Part shown: positions 37,081 to 47,504 of the stretch, piece after piece
How positions within the stretch are numbered: the stretch's first letter is position 1
Layout of the letters: each line of letters starts with the position of its first letter
Origin: Patescibacteria group bacterium
Lineage (GTDB): Bacteria > Patescibacteriota > Minisyncoccia > Minisyncoccales > JANBVM01
Direction of reading: 5' to 3'
Length of the DNA: 64,000 nucleotides
Assembly: GCA_024238995.1 (NCBI GenBank)
Contig: JANBVL010000002.1
Span: 14,414 to 78,413, forward strand
Notes under the pieces: model-generated
Database searches by the model: none
What the model saw: only the letters and a program-made list of their open reading frames with translations
What the model was told of the DNA's origin: nothing
Program-made: the position numbers and the translations under genes

Positions 37081-37120
37081 AAAAAAAGCGAGTGCTTTTA
37101 AAAATACACTCTTTTTATTT
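37081..37120. terminator. Weak hairpin flanked by an A-run and a T-run about 190 nt downstream of map. Possible end of the S10-spc-secY-adk-map transcription unit.
   Basis: aaaaaaagcGAGTGcttttaaaaataCACTCtttttatttt. Confidence 0.25.
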
Positions 37121-37290
37121 TATTTTAGCACTGCTACCACGAGTAGGGGGAAGATTAATCTTTATGCCTTTTGGATAAAGAATTTTAATAATTATCATTA
37201 GAATTCCTTCTAATGTCCATTCTACAATATCATTAAATTTTTTTAGTATTTTACTTTTCAAGGAATCACCTCTAATAAAATCATGCTGCT

Positions 37291-38043
37291 TTACTCAAAA
37301 AAAGTCAATACCTCTGGACCCTTCTCAGTGATTGCTATTGTGTGTTCAAAGTGAGCAGACAAATGATTATTATTTGTCTCAAAACCGAAACCATCTTCAG
37401 ATTTTTTAATTTCTCCCTCCCCCTTCATTGCCAGCATTGGCTCCAAGCAAAACACCATGCCAACTGCAATCTTTTCACCTTTATGTCTTTTTCCATGATT
37501 TAAAATCTGAGGTTCTTCGTGCAAATTTTTCCCAATACCATGACCACATAAATCTTTTACTACTACAAAACCAGAATCTTCAATAAACCTGCCAATTGTA
37601 TTTGAAACGTCACCAAATGTATTTCCAACTTTAGATTTTTTAATCCCGCGCTTTAAGGCTTTCTTAGTTGCTTTAACTAATCTATTTGTTTCAGAATCAA
37701 TTTCTCCAACAGGAACAGTAATTGCCATATCGCTATGAAATCCATTTTTAAAAAATCCCAGATCTAAAGATAAAATATCACCTTCTTTTAAAATCCTGTC
37801 AGATGGAACACCATGAACAATCTGTTCATTAATTGAAGTGCACAGTGTTGCTGGAAATCCCTCATAATCTTTGAACGAAGGAATTCCTTCATATTTTAAA
37901 ACAAGGCTTTGAGCAAGCCTATTTAGTTCTAAAGTGGTAATACCCGGCTCTACTTTATCTTTTAATTGATTAATTATAGAGGCCAGAATCTTACCATTTT
38001 CTCTCATTATTTTAATCTCTGAATCAGTCTTTATCGAAATCAT
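37291..38043 (-). CDS. map: methionine aminopeptidase type I
   Basis: Metal-ligand motifs (HGVP, DILSLDLG, HSDMAITV, EPM) in a pita-bread fold. Confidence 0.9.
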   Translation of the reverse strand: MISIKTDSEIKIMRENGKILASIINQLKDKVEPGITTLELNRLAQSLVLKYEGIPSFKDYEGFPATLCTSINEQIVHGVPSDRILKEGDILSLDLGFFKNGFHSDMAITVPVGEIDSETNRLVKATKKALKRGIKKSKVGNTFGDVSNTIGRFIEDSGFVVVKDLCGHGIGKNLHEEPQILNHGKRHKGEKIAVGMVFCLEPMLAMKGEGEIKKSEDGFGFETNNNHLSAHFEHTIAITEKGPEVLTFFE

Positions 38044-38735
38044 TCTACTGCTTTTAAAATACTTTCAAACACAACACTTGGTGAAGGAGACCCATCTATC
38101 TCAATAATGCTTAAACCTTGTTTTTTGAAAAGCTCAATTAAAGGCATGGTTCTATCCTTATACTGTTTAAATCTTACTTTAATTACTTCTGGATCATCAT
38201 CTTTTCTTATTAAAAACTTTGAACCATCAAAAGGACATTTTGTAAGCTTATCAGTTTCTTCATTATAAATTATGGTATGGCGAGCAAGTTCACAAGTCTT
38301 TCTGTGAGAGTTTCTGTGAAGCGATTTCTCTTCACTAATATTTATGAAAACTACTTTAATGTTTGTAACGCCAGATAAATCTTTTAAAAAGGGAACTAAT
38401 GATTCTCCTTCATATAGAGTTCTAGGAGAACCGCTCATAATTATTCCTTTTTCTTCTTCTGTTAACTTCTTTATCTTTTTTTTCATCCAGAAAGTAATTA
38501 AAGGAGGACTCATTAATATTCCAGCATCAATTTTGTTTTTTTCTTCTAAAAATGAATACTCTTTTCCATCAACAACTTCAATATCACTATTTTTCATATC
38601 AGCAAGCTTGTCCTGAATAACTTTGCTGCTTTCAAGATGATAAAAACCAAACTTTTCTGATAAAAGCTCGGCCTGAGTTCCCTTTCCTGCGCCAGGAAGA
38701 CCTAAAACAATAATGATTTTTGATTTTTTATCCAT
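38040..38735 (-). CDS. adk: adenylate kinase (operon copy) with a Cys-containing LID and an atypical NMP-binding segment
   Basis: IIVLGLPGAGKGTQAELL P-loop in the canonical secY-adk-map position. The NMP-site segment reads HLESSKVIQDKL rather than the usual H[IL]STGDMLR. Confidence 0.8.
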   Translation of the reverse strand: MDKKSKIIIVLGLPGAGKGTQAELLSEKFGFYHLESSKVIQDKLADMKNSDIEVVDGKEYSFLEEKNKIDAGILMSPPLITFWMKKKIKKLTEEEKGIIMSGSPRTLYEGESLVPFLKDLSGVTNIKVVFINISEEKSLHRNSHRKTCELARHTIIYNEETDKLTKCPFDGSKFLIRKDDDPEVIKVRFKQYKDRTMPLIELFKKQGLSIIEIDGSPSPSVVFESILKAVE

Positions 38736-38739
38736 ATAT

Positions 38740-40017
38740 TTAAAAACTATCGTATTCCCTCATTTCAAGCTGAGAATCAACTTCTCTCATTGTTTCTAAA
38801 ACAACTGAAACAATAATCATTATAGAAGTCCCTCCAACTAAAAAACTGAAAACAGCGATATTGGTTATTACCTGCATAATAGTTGGCATCAATGCAATAA
38901 GACCTAAAAAGAAAGCTCCAACAGGCAGAATTCTGTTTAGAACAAACTCTAAAAACTTAGCAGTTGATTCTCCTGGCCTAATTCCAGGAACAAACCCTCC
39001 CATTTTTTTCAAATTACTAGCAATTGATTTAGGTTCAAAAGTGATAAGAGTGTAAAAGTATGTGAAAACAAAAACTAAAACAAAATAAGTAATTCCATAA
39101 GCCCAAAGGTTATTGAAAAAAGCTTCAACAAGCTGAGAAACCCTGCCCCAAAAACCAGCTGAGCCACTTAAGAAATTAGTAATTAATGATGGAAAGGTTA
39201 AAATTGACAAGGCAAAAATAATTGGCATTACTCCAGCAGGGTTAATACTTAAAGGAAGATAAGTTGAAGATCCGCCATAAACCATTCTTCCCCTTACTCT
39301 TTTTGCATAAGAAACTGAAATGTTTCTTCTTGCTTCATTTACTAATGTTACTCCAGCAATAATCAAAAGCGCCATTATAAAAAATATTAAATAAGAGCCA
39401 ATCATTGAAGAGTCATAAGTAGATATCATTTCACCAATATTCCTGGGAAATTCAGCAATAATACCAGCAAAAATTAAGAGCGAAACTCCATTTCCAATAC
39501 CTTTTTCTGAAATTAGTTCACCAAACCACATTAAGAGAATGCTTCCTGCAGCAATTGTTAAAACAGCACTAAGCTTAGTAGCAAAATCCATTTCTCCAAT
39601 TAATCCCTGCCTGGTAAATAAAACCAGCATTGAAAAACCCTGAACTGCTGCCAAAGGAACCGTTAAAATCCTTCCGTACTGTTCAAACTTCTTTTTCCCC
39701 TCTTCCCCGCTTTCTTTATAAAGTTCTTCTAGTTGGGGAAAAATCATTGTCAACAACTGCAAAATAATTGTGGCAGTAATGTAAGGACCTAAACCAAGCA
39801 TTACAATTGAAAGTTTTTCTAAAGCACCGCCTGTAAAAATATTTAAAAGTCCTAAAACTTGAAATTGGTCAAAAAAAGCTTTTAAGTTCTCTGGATTAAT
39901 CCCTGGAATAGGAATATTGGCCATTATTCTGAAAACAGCAAAAATCCCAAAAACAAAAAGGAACTTATCCCTTAACTCCTTGACTTTAAACATTTGAATA
40001 ACTTTCTCGTACCACAT
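38740..40017 (-). CDS. secY: preprotein translocase subunit SecY
   Basis: 10-TM 425-aa protein in the conserved position after rplO. Confidence 0.9.
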   Translation of the reverse strand: MWYEKVIQMFKVKELRDKFLFVFGIFAVFRIMANIPIPGINPENLKAFFDQFQVLGLLNIFTGGALEKLSIVMLGLGPYITATIILQLLTMIFPQLEELYKESGEEGKKKFEQYGRILTVPLAAVQGFSMLVLFTRQGLIGEMDFATKLSAVLTIAAGSILLMWFGELISEKGIGNGVSLLIFAGIIAEFPRNIGEMISTYDSSMIGSYLIFFIMALLIIAGVTLVNEARRNISVSYAKRVRGRMVYGGSSTYLPLSINPAGVMPIIFALSILTFPSLITNFLSGSAGFWGRVSQLVEAFFNNLWAYGITYFVLVFVFTYFYTLITFEPKSIASNLKKMGGFVPGIRPGESTAKFLEFVLNRILPVGAFFLGLIALMPTIMQVITNIAVFSFLVGGTSIMIIVSVVLETMREVDSQLEMREYDSF

Positions 40018-40029
40018 AGTCTACATCTG

Positions 40030-40461
40030 TTATTTTATTTGGCCTCCTGTTTTCTCAATCTTTTCTTTTGCTGATTTTGAAACTATACAATCTCTAATAA
40101 TTAACTTGTTTTTTATTTCTCCCTGCCCTAAAATTTTAACCTTTGGCAATCTGCCTTTTATTCTACTAATTAGCTTTTTATCAAGCAAGGTTTTTGGAGA
40201 AACAATTTCTTTTTCCTTAAAATATTTTTGTAAAGTTTTAATATTTACAATTTCTGGCTTTTCCCTTCTTATTTTAAACTTATACCCTCTTAATTTAGGG
40301 TATTTTTTAATCAACTGCCTGATATCAGGAACCTTTTTACGACCAGCTCTTGTTTGCTGGCCTTTTATCCCCCTCCCAGAATGAGTTCCTCTTTTTCCTC
40401 CCCTTCCTATCCTTTTTCCCTTTTTGTTTTTATGTTTTGCTTTTAACTGATGAATTTGCAT
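40030..40461 (-). CDS. rplO: 50S ribosomal protein L15
   Basis: GRGGKRGTHSGRGIKGQ motif. It follows rpsE directly with no L30 gene between them. Confidence 0.9.
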   Translation of the reverse strand: MQIHQLKAKHKNKKGKRIGRGGKRGTHSGRGIKGQQTRAGRKKVPDIRQLIKKYPKLRGYKFKIRREKPEIVNIKTLQKYFKEKEIVSPKTLLDKKLISRIKGRLPKVKILGQGEIKNKLIIRDCIVSKSAKEKIEKTGGQIK

Positions 40462-40481
40462 AGCATTAAAATAATAAAAAA

Positions 40482-40985
40482 TTATTCTTTAACAGTTTTT
40501 TCTTTTTTTACTCTTTTTGATAGCTTTAACTTTTTCAATGCTTTTATTGTTGCCATTCCATTATTAAGCTTGTTTCTAGTTGACCCTAAAACCTTGGAAG
40601 AAATATTTTTAATCCCAGCTAAAGAACAAATAATTCTTACTGTTCCCCCTGCTACCAAACCCCTTCCTTTTCTTTGAGGCTTTAACAAAACTCTTGCTGA
40701 GCTGAATTTTGCAGAAACCTCATAAGGAATTGTTTCATTTACAATTGGCACTTCTATAATTCTTTTCTTTGCTAATCTTGTTGCTTTTTCTATTGCTTGC
40801 GCAACATCAAGCCCAGAAGCTGAAGCTATGGAAACTTTTCCTTTTTTATCACCAATAACCATAACAACTCTAAATCTTATCTTTTTTCCTCCTGCCCTTG
40901 TATGAGATACTCTTGCCAAGTCCAAAAGCTTTGAGTCAAACTCATCTTTCCTTTTAAAATCTTTTGTCATTCTTCTTCCTCTCAT
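40482..40985 (-). CDS. rpsE: 30S ribosomal protein S5
   Basis: S5 dsRBD and C-terminal domain motifs (RFRVVMVIGDKKGKV, GRGLVAGGTVR). Confidence 0.9.
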   Translation of the reverse strand: MRGRRMTKDFKRKDEFDSKLLDLARVSHTRAGGKKIRFRVVMVIGDKKGKVSIASASGLDVAQAIEKATRLAKKRIIEVPIVNETIPYEVSAKFSSARVLLKPQRKGRGLVAGGTVRIICSLAGIKNISSKVLGSTRNKLNNGMATIKALKKLKLSKRVKKEKTVKE

Positions 40986-40992
40986 AATTGTT

Positions 40993-41379
40993 TTAAAATT
41001 TTAAACCGCCATCTCTAGCGCCGTCAGCTAAAGCTTTAACTCTTCCATGATATTTATATCCTCCTCTATCAAAAACCACTTTTTCAACCTTTAAATCTTT
41101 TGCTTTTTTGGCAATTAATTTACCAGTCTCAAATGCAATACTTAGTTTTTTTGATAATTTCTTGTCCTTTTCTTTTTTAGCCTCTGTTTTCTTTCCCTTT
41201 GCTTGTGAATCACGGGCTGAAGCTAATATTTTATTATTCTTATCATCAATTAACTGGGCATAAATATATTTGTTTGAACGAAAAACACAAAGTCTTGGAA
41301 TTTTATCTGTCCCTGAAATTTTGGCTCTTACTTTTTTATGCCTTTTTAATCTTTTTTTTCTTTTCTTTTTAACATTCAT
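40993..41379 (-). CDS. rplR: 50S ribosomal protein L18
   Basis: [19 protein letters not shown] motif. Confidence 0.9.
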   Translation of the reverse strand: MNVKKKRKKRLKRHKKVRAKISGTDKIPRLCVFRSNKYIYAQLIDDKNNKILASARDSQAKGKKTEAKKEKDKKLSKKLSIAFETGKLIAKKAKDLKVEKVVFDRGGYKYHGRVKALADGARDGGLKF

Positions 41380-41392
41380 AATTCAACCTACA

Positions 41393-41941
41393 TTAACCTG
41401 GACCAGCAGTCGCAACCTTTTTGCCTGCTTTTCTTCTAATTGTTTCTCCATAATACCTTAAACCCTTTCCTTTATAAGGTTCAGCAGGCCTGACTTTTTT
41501 AATTTTTGCAGCAATCAAACCAACAAGATCTTTATCAATACCAGAAACTGTGATTATGTTTTTCTCAACTGTAATTTTAATCCCTTCTGGAGACTTTATT
41601 TTAACAAGATGAGTGAAGCCAGCAGACAAAACCAGCTCTTCTTCCTCCATCTTAGCCTTATAGCCTAAACCATGAATTTCCAGTTTCTTTTCATAACCAG
41701 ACACAACTCCATTAACCATGTTTGCTAAAATAGCTCTGGTTAAACCCCAAAAAGCCTTGCTGTTTTTTGTTTGCCTTTTAACTAAAACAAGTAATTTTTT
41801 ATCTTTTAATTGAATTTTAATTTCAGGCCTAACTTCAAAAGAAAGCTCACCTTTTGGACCCTTTATCAAAGCTTTCTGCTCTTTAATTTTAACTTCTACA
41901 TTTTCCGGTATTTCAATTGGTTTTTTTCCTATTTTACTCAT
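41393..41941 (-). CDS. rplF: 50S ribosomal protein L6
   Basis: Two-domain L6 (SKIGKKPIEIP...). Confidence 0.9.
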   Translation of the reverse strand: MSKIGKKPIEIPENVEVKIKEQKALIKGPKGELSFEVRPEIKIQLKDKKLLVLVKRQTKNSKAFWGLTRAILANMVNGVVSGYEKKLEIHGLGYKAKMEEEELVLSAGFTHLVKIKSPEGIKITVEKNIITVSGIDKDLVGLIAAKIKKVRPAEPYKGKGLRYYGETIRRKAGKKVATAGPG

Positions 41942-41947
41942 ATATAT

Positions 41948-42334
41948 TTACCAAATTTCGCACAATATCTCACCTCCTAAATTCTTTTTTCTGGCTTCTT
42001 TATCTGCCATTAAACCTTTAGAAGTTGAAATAATTAATATTCCATAGCCTGATTTTACTCTTCTAATTTTTCCAGCTGCAGTATAAATTCTTTGACCTGG
42101 TTTTGAAATTCTTTTTAATCCTGATATGACTGGCTCATTATTGTCGTATTTTAGTTTTATTGTAATAAGCTTTTTAGGCTTTCTCCCTTTTTTCTCTATT
42201 TCTCCAACAAAATTTTCCTGCTTTAAAATTTTGGCAATTTCAAACTTCATTTCAGAATAAGGAAAACTCACTGTTTCTTTTAAAACAGCTTGAGCATTTC
42301 TTATTGATGTTAACATGTCTGCTATTGGATCCAT
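41948..42334 (-). CDS. rpsH: 30S ribosomal protein S8
   Basis: DPIADMLTSIRNA N-terminus. Confidence 0.9.
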   Translation of the reverse strand: MDPIADMLTSIRNAQAVLKETVSFPYSEMKFEIAKILKQENFVGEIEKKGRKPKKLITIKLKYDNNEPVISGLKRISKPGQRIYTAAGKIRRVKSGYGILIISTSKGLMADKEARKKNLGGEILCEIW

Positions 42335-42336
42335 AT

Positions 42337-42522
42337 TTACCAGCTACTTTTTCTTATTCCCGGAATTAGACCTTTGTTTGCCATTTCTCTAAAACAAATT
42401 CTGCAAAGCCCGAACTTTCTCATGTAAGCTCTTTTTCTTCCACACCGAAAACACCTTCGAACTATTCGTGTTTTAAACTTTGGTTTCTTTTTTGCTCTGG
42501 CAATTTGTGATTTTTTTGGCAT
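42337..42522 (-). CDS. rpsN: 30S ribosomal protein S14 type Z (zinc-binding)
   Basis: 61 aa with [20 protein letters not shown]. Confidence 0.9.
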   Translation of the reverse strand: MPKKSQIARAKKKPKFKTRIVRRCFRCGRKRAYMRKFGLCRICFREMANKGLIPGIRKSSW

Positions 42523-42523
42523 A

Positions 42524-43081
42524 TTACTTTTTTATTGGAAATCCTATCAATCTTAATAATTCTAAACTTTCTTCTTTATCCTTGGTTGTTGTTACCACAG
42601 TAATCTCTAACCCAAACAAAAACTTGGCGTGTTCTGGCATAATCTCAGAAAAAGAGATTTGTTCTTTGATTGCTAAAGTTAAATTACCATTTTTATCAAC
42701 TGTTTTAGGATCAATCCCTGAAAAGTCTCTGGAACGAGGAAGAGTTATGTGAATCAATCTCTCTAAAAAATCAAACATCATTTTTTTCCTTAAAGTTACC
42801 ATTGCCCCTATTTCCATGCCTCTTCTAATTTTAAAACCTGAAACTGATTTTCTTGCTTTTGTCAGCACTGGCTTTTGACCAGTAATTGAAGACAAATCTT
42901 TTGTAATTGCCTCCAGCATTTTTCTTCTTTCATCAGAACCTTTTGGAATAATAGCTTTGCCAAAACCAGTATTGATAACTACTTTTTCAATTTTGGGAAC
43001 TGCCATCCTGCTCTTATAGCCAAACTTTTCCATCATTTTAGGAATTACTTCCTTGTTATACTTTTCTTTTAAGCCAATCAT
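42524..43081 (-). CDS. rplE: 50S ribosomal protein L5
   Basis: L5 fold in the conserved position. Confidence 0.9.
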   Translation of the reverse strand: MIGLKEKYNKEVIPKMMEKFGYKSRMAVPKIEKVVINTGFGKAIIPKGSDERRKMLEAITKDLSSITGQKPVLTKARKSVSGFKIRRGMEIGAMVTLRKKMMFDFLERLIHITLPRSRDFSGIDPKTVDKNGNLTLAIKEQISFSEIMPEHAKFLFGLEITVVTTTKDKEESLELLRLIGFPIKK

Positions 43082-43383
43082 ATTTGTTTATTGCATTTTT
43101 TGCAAATCCTATATTTTTTATTATTTATAACCTTATAGCCAACCCTTGCTGGCTTATTGCATTTTGAACAAATTATTTTCACATTAGAAATATCAATAGG
43201 CGCTGGTTTTTGAATAATCTGGCCTTTACTTCCTGTTTTTTTCGGTTTTTGATGTCTTTTTTTCAAATTCACTGATTCAATCAAAACTTTTCTTTCGATT
43301 GGGAAAGCTTTTAAAATCTTGCCTTTCTTACCTTTATCTTTTCCTGAAACAACCAGTACTTTATCGCCTTTTTTTATCTTCAT
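43078..43383 (-). CDS. rplX: 50S ribosomal protein L24 with a C-terminal CxxC...CxxC zinc-ribbon extension
   Basis: KOW motif (IKKGDKVLVVSGKDKGKKG) plus the C-terminal CSKCNKP...CKKCNK. Confidence 0.85.
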   Translation of the reverse strand: MKIKKGDKVLVVSGKDKGKKGKILKAFPIERKVLIESVNLKKRHQKPKKTGSKGQIIQKPAPIDISNVKIICSKCNKPARVGYKVINNKKYRICKKCNKQI

Positions 43384-43393
43384 ATTTTTAAAA

Positions 43394-43765
43394 TTATACC
43401 AATTGCTGAGCTATGCCCACTACTTCTTGAAAACCTTTTTCTTTTATTTCTCTTGCCACAGGGCCAAAAATTCTTCCGCCTTTTGGTTTTTTTGTCTTGC
43501 CCTCTAAAATCACACAAGCATTATCATCAAAACGAATATGCGTGCCATCAGACCTTTTATACTCTTTTCTTTGCCTAATAATCAAAGCCCTTACTACATC
43601 ATGTTTTTTTACTTCTTTTCTGGGATCAGCAACCTTTACTGTACCAACAATAATATCACCCAAACGGCCATAGCGCCTTACGCTTCCACCTAAAACATGA
43701 ATGCATTGAAGCACCCTACCTCCTGAATTGTCAGCTATTTTTACCATTGTTCTTAGTTGAATCAT
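43394..43765 (-). CDS. rplN: 50S ribosomal protein L14
   Basis: [18 protein letters not shown]-terminus. Confidence 0.9.
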   Translation of the reverse strand: MIQLRTMVKIADNSGGRVLQCIHVLGGSVRRYGRLGDIIVGTVKVADPRKEVKKHDVVRALIIRQRKEYKRSDGTHIRFDDNACVILEGKTKKPKGGRIFGPVAREIKEKGFQEVVGIAQQLV

Positions 43766-44061
43766 GATTCTTGCTTTTCATCAGTTAGTTTTTCTTGTTT
43801 TTCCTCTGGCTCTTGCCTCTCGCTCTGTTTTACTTTTCCTATTACTCTCCATCTTTTGTCTTTGCTGATTGGCCTGCACTCCTCAATAATAACCCTGTCG
43901 TCTAATTTATAGTTTTCCTTTTCATCATGAGCCTTGTACCTTTTGCTCATTTTATACATCTTTTTATACTTGGAATGTTTCTTCATACGCTCAACCTCAA
44001 CAATAACTGTTTTTTGCATTTTGTCAGAAACAATTATTCCTCTTAATTTTCTTTTAGGCAT
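43762..44061 (-). CDS. rpsQ: 30S ribosomal protein S17
   Basis: [20 protein letters not shown] fold. Confidence 0.9.
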   Translation of the reverse strand: MPKRKLRGIIVSDKMQKTVIVEVERMKKHSKYKKMYKMSKRYKAHDEKENYKLDDRVIIEECRPISKDKRWRVIGKVKQSERQEPEEKQEKLTDEKQES

Positions 44062-44065
44062 AAAC

Positions 44066-44251
44066 TCACTTTACTTCTTTTAATATGGTTAATATTCTTG
44101 CAATTCTTTTTCTAACTTCTCTTATCTCTCTCACGTTCTTTACCTTGCCCGCACTTAAATCAAAGCGCAATAATCTTAGCTTGTCTTTTGATTCATTAAG
44201 CAATTTTTTCAATTCTGATTTCGACTTTTTTTTAATTTCAGCAACTTTCAT
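44066..44251 (-). CDS. rpmC: 50S ribosomal protein L29
   Basis: 61-aa helical protein (ELKKLL...LRLLRFDL). Confidence 0.85.
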   Translation of the reverse strand: MKVAEIKKKSKSELKKLLNESKDKLRLLRFDLSAGKVKNVREIREVRKRIARILTILKEVK

Positions 44252-44275
44252 ATTTTTATTCGTAATTATTAATAA

Positions 44276-44686
44276 CTATTTCTTAATAAATTTGGTTTTT
44301 ACCGGTAATTTATCTGATGCAGTTCTAAAAGCCTTTACTGCTGTTTCTTCTTTTATTCCTTCAAGTTCAAAAATAATCCTTCCCGGCTTAATTGGAAAAG
44401 CATAATGAGAAACAGGTCCTTTGCCTTTTCCCATTTTAAACTCAGTACCTTTTGATGTAATGGGCTTGTCAGGAAAAATTCTAATCCAAAGCTTACCGCC
44501 TTTCTTTAAATATCTTAAAATCCCGCGCCTTGCTGCCTCAATTTGACGGGCAGTAATCCATCTTTGCTCTAAGGTTTTTAAACCATAAGAACCAAAGGCA
44601 AGTTCAGTTCCTCTTTTTGCAAGACCTTTTGATCTTCCCTTAAATCTTTTCCTATGTTTTGTTTTTTTTGGTTGAAGAATTGCCAT
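44276..44686 (-). CDS. rplP: 50S ribosomal protein L16
   Basis: [14 protein letters not shown]-terminus. Confidence 0.9.
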   Translation of the reverse strand: MAILQPKKTKHRKRFKGRSKGLAKRGTELAFGSYGLKTLEQRWITARQIEAARRGILRYLKKGGKLWIRIFPDKPITSKGTEFKMGKGKGPVSHYAFPIKPGRIIFELEGIKEETAVKAFRTASDKLPVKTKFIKK

Positions 44687-44688
44687 AA

Positions 44689-45369
44689 TTATTTTTCAAA
44701 TTTCTCTCCTTTATATATCCAAACCTTTACTCCTATTACTCCATAACTGCACTTAGCTATTTTATGAGAATAATCAATATCTGCTCTTATTGTCTGTCTT
44801 GGAAGAAGACCCTGTCCTAACCACTCTTTTCTTGCAATTGAAACGCCATTCAGCCTGCCAGCCAACTCAACCCTAGCACCTTTTATTCCTTTTTGAGACA
44901 TAATCCTAGATAGGGTTTGTTTTAAAACACGCCTGTAAGGCATTCTCTTCTCTATCTGAGCTGCCATTAATTGAGCAACTAAAGACGCATGAACCCAGGG
45001 GTTTTTAATCTCCCTGATCTCAAGCCTTAATTCTAATCTAGCCTTACCTTTTTCTTTCTTTGATTTTATAAAATATTTTTCTTGTAAAACCTTGCTGATA
45101 AGTTCCTGTTTTAATCTTTCTATACCCTCGCCTCTTCTTCCGATAATCAAACCCGGTCTTGAAGTAGAAACTATAATATTTATTCTGCTTGGAGATCTTT
45201 CAATCCCAATTTTTGCAACACCAAATTTACCAATTTTTTCTTCAAGAAATTTTCTTATCTTAAAATCTTCTTCTAAGTATGAGGCAAAATCTTTTTCATA
45301 AAAACCGCGTGATTCCCACTCTTCAGTTTGCCTTATTCTAAATATTTTTGGATGGACTCTATGTGACAT
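44689..45369 (-). CDS. rpsC: 30S ribosomal protein S3
   Basis: KH and S3-C domains ([11 protein letters not shown]...). Confidence 0.9.
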   Translation of the reverse strand: MSHRVHPKIFRIRQTEEWESRGFYEKDFASYLEEDFKIRKFLEEKIGKFGVAKIGIERSPSRINIIVSTSRPGLIIGRRGEGIERLKQELISKVLQEKYFIKSKKEKGKARLELRLEIREIKNPWVHASLVAQLMAAQIEKRMPYRRVLKQTLSRIMSQKGIKGARVELAGRLNGVSIARKEWLGQGLLPRQTIRADIDYSHKIAKCSYGVIGVKVWIYKGEKFEK

Positions 45370-45382
45370 AATGTTCTTTAAA

Positions 45383-45910
45383 TTAAAATGTTTTTCGCCT
45401 GAAAAATCTTCTTAAACCTCTTTCTTTTTTTTGTTTAACAGCCTTTTCAAAATCTGGCTTCTGCCTTTCTTTTTTAATAACAACGGATTTAACTGCTTTC
45501 TCTTTCTCTTCTTCTTGGACAGGTTCTAATTTCTTTTTTCCAACCACTTTTTTCTTTTTTGTTTTCTTTGCTTTTTTATCAATCTCATCTAAAACAAGGG
45601 TTATATGCGAAGTTTTTTTATGAATTATATCAGCTCTGCCCCTTGCTCTTGGAAGCTGTCTTTTAAGTCTTGTTCCTTCATTAACCAATAATTCAGAGAT
45701 ATAAAGATTGCTTTCATCTGTCTGAAAATTACTTTTTGCATTAGCCAGCGCCTGGTTTAAAAGCTTTAAAATTGGCAAGGCTGCTTTTTTTCTTGTAAAA
45801 GCTAAAAGTTTTTGAGCTTTTTCAACTTTTTTTCCCCTAATCAAGTCAGTGACTAATCTCACTTTTCTGGGCGCAATCCTTAAATAACTGAGCTTTGCTT
45901 TTGAAATCAT
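45383..45910 (-). CDS. rplV: 50S ribosomal protein L22 with a Lys/Glu-rich C-terminal extension
   Basis: LRIAPRKVRLVTDLIRGKKVEKAQ motif. Confidence 0.85.
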   Translation of the reverse strand: MISKAKLSYLRIAPRKVRLVTDLIRGKKVEKAQKLLAFTRKKAALPILKLLNQALANAKSNFQTDESNLYISELLVNEGTRLKRQLPRARGRADIIHKKTSHITLVLDEIDKKAKKTKKKKVVGKKKLEPVQEEEKEKAVKSVVIKKERQKPDFEKAVKQKKERGLRRFFRRKTF

Positions 45911-45919
45911 ATTTTTAAA

Positions 45920-46228
45920 CTATTTTTTCTCTGCTGGTTTAGCAGTTGTTTTTTTCTCTAATCCTTTCTGCATTCTTCCACCATGTCTTAAGAATTTTGT
46001 TGTTGGAGCAAATTCGCCAAGTTTATGACCAATCATGCCTTCGTCAATTTTTACTGAAATAAATTGCTTGCCATTGTGAACTAAAAATGTAAAGCCAAGC
46101 ATTTCCGGTGAAATAGCACAACGCCTAGACCAAGTCTTAATTGGCTTTGTTTTATCTCCTCTCAGCTCTTCAACCTTTTTCAGTAATTTCTCGTCAATAT
46201 ATGGGCCTTTTTTTAAACTTCTTGTCAT
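45920..46228 (-). CDS. rpsS: 30S ribosomal protein S19
   Basis: SLKKGPYID...HNGKQFI motif. Confidence 0.9.
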   Translation of the reverse strand: MTRSLKKGPYIDEKLLKKVEELRGDKTKPIKTWSRRCAISPEMLGFTFLVHNGKQFISVKIDEGMIGHKLGEFAPTTKFLRHGGRMQKGLEKKTTAKPAEKK

Positions 46229-46230
46229 AT

Positions 46231-47031
46231 TTATTTCTTTTTCCTTCTTTTTAAAATTAATTTATCTGTCCATTTCTTTTTTCTTGTTCTAACCCCTAAT
46301 GCTATCTTTCCCCATGGCGTTTTAGGATGTTTCATTCCAATACCACTCCTCCCTGAACCTCCTCCATGAGGATGGTCAGGAGGATTCATTGCTGAACCTC
46401 TTACTGTTGGTCTTATCCCTTTTAATCTTTTTGTTCCTGCTTTTCTAAATTTCTCAAATCTCTTTTCTGGATGAGAAACCTGACCGATTGAAGCAAAACA
46501 ATGCTCTGGAACCTTTCTTACTTCACTAGAAGGCATTTGAAGATGAATATAACCTCCGTCATTGGCTAAAACCTTAGCTGAAGTTCCTGCTGACCTTACC
46601 ATTCTGCCGCCTATTCCTTTTATCATTTCAATATTATAAACTTGGGTTCCAATAAGAATATTTTTGAGCTGCAATCTATTACCTATTTTAAGTTCAGTTT
46701 TTTCAGCACAAATTATTTCATCATTAACCTTAATTCCAGCTGGAGCAAGAATATAGCCTTTTTCATTGTCTTCATACTCAATTAAAGCTAAAAATGCTGT
46801 TCTATTTGGATCATATTCTATTGCTATTACTTTTCCTTTTTTATTAATCTTTTCTTGGCCAAAATCAATAATTCTATAGCGTCTTTTCACTCCACCTCCT
46901 TGATGACGAATAGTAATTTTTCCAGACTTTGATCTGCCAGCCTTTCTTTTCAAAGTCAAAAGTAAAGCTTTTTCAGGCTTTTTCTTTGATAACAATTTTT
47001 TGCTTTTAAATTGAACTTGTCTTTTTTGCAT
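46231..47031 (-). CDS. rplB: 50S ribosomal protein L2
   Basis: [11 protein letters not shown] motif. Confidence 0.9.
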   Translation of the reverse strand: MQKRQVQFKSKKLLSKKKPEKALLLTLKRKAGRSKSGKITIRHQGGGVKRRYRIIDFGQEKINKKGKVIAIEYDPNRTAFLALIEYEDNEKGYILAPAGIKVNDEIICAEKTELKIGNRLQLKNILIGTQVYNIEMIKGIGGRMVRSAGTSAKVLANDGGYIHLQMPSSEVRKVPEHCFASIGQVSHPEKRFEKFRKAGTKRLKGIRPTVRGSAMNPPDHPHGGGSGRSGIGMKHPKTPWGKIALGVRTRKKKWTDKLILKRRKKK

Positions 47032-47043
47032 ACTTTAATAAAA

Positions 47044-47469
47044 TTATCCTGAAGCAATTTCAATTTTTTGGCCTTTTAAAACCTCAACAATTGCTTTTTT
47101 ATAACCACTCCTTTCCCCTTTTATTCCCTTAAAAACCCTTTTCTTTGGCGGAACTTTAATAATCTTAACGCTTAAAACCTTAACGCCATATAGCAATTCA
47201 ACTGCTTTTTTAATCTCAATCTTATTAGTTCTTGGATAAACCCTAAAAACATACTTGTTTTCCTTTGCTAAATCTGTTGCTTTTTCTGTAATATGAGGCG
47301 ACTTCAATATTTGATAAGCAAAACCCTTTAAGCTAGGTTTTATTTTTTTAACAGACCCAACAGGTTCTTTTTTAACATTTTCAGGCTTTTTTTCAACCTC
47401 CTTTTTTTCTTCCTTCTTTTCTTTAACCTCTTCCTTCTTTTTTCTTTTAAATAAATCTTTTAATGCCAT
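47044..47469 (-). CDS. rplW: 50S ribosomal protein L23 with a Lys/Glu-rich N-terminal extension
   Basis: L23 core (ILKSPHITEKAT...) after about 45 aa of K/E-rich low complexity. Confidence 0.85.
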   Translation of the reverse strand: MALKDLFKRKKKEEVKEKKEEKKEVEKKPENVKKEPVGSVKKIKPSLKGFAYQILKSPHITEKATDLAKENKYVFRVYPRTNKIEIKKAVELLYGVKVLSVKIIKVPPKKRVFKGIKGERSGYKKAIVEVLKGQKIEIASG

Positions 47470-47504
47470 AGTCTAAGAAATAAAAAGCAATTAACAGAAA
47501 ACAA

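Noticed and set aside
28747-37290. The possibility that the 8.5-kb block interrupting the ribosomal operon is a mobile element or genomic island
   Set aside because: It contains no integrase, transposase or recombinase, has no flanking direct or inverted repeats, and carries core housekeeping genes (tpiA, alaS). It is better explained as lineage-specific gene-order rearrangement.
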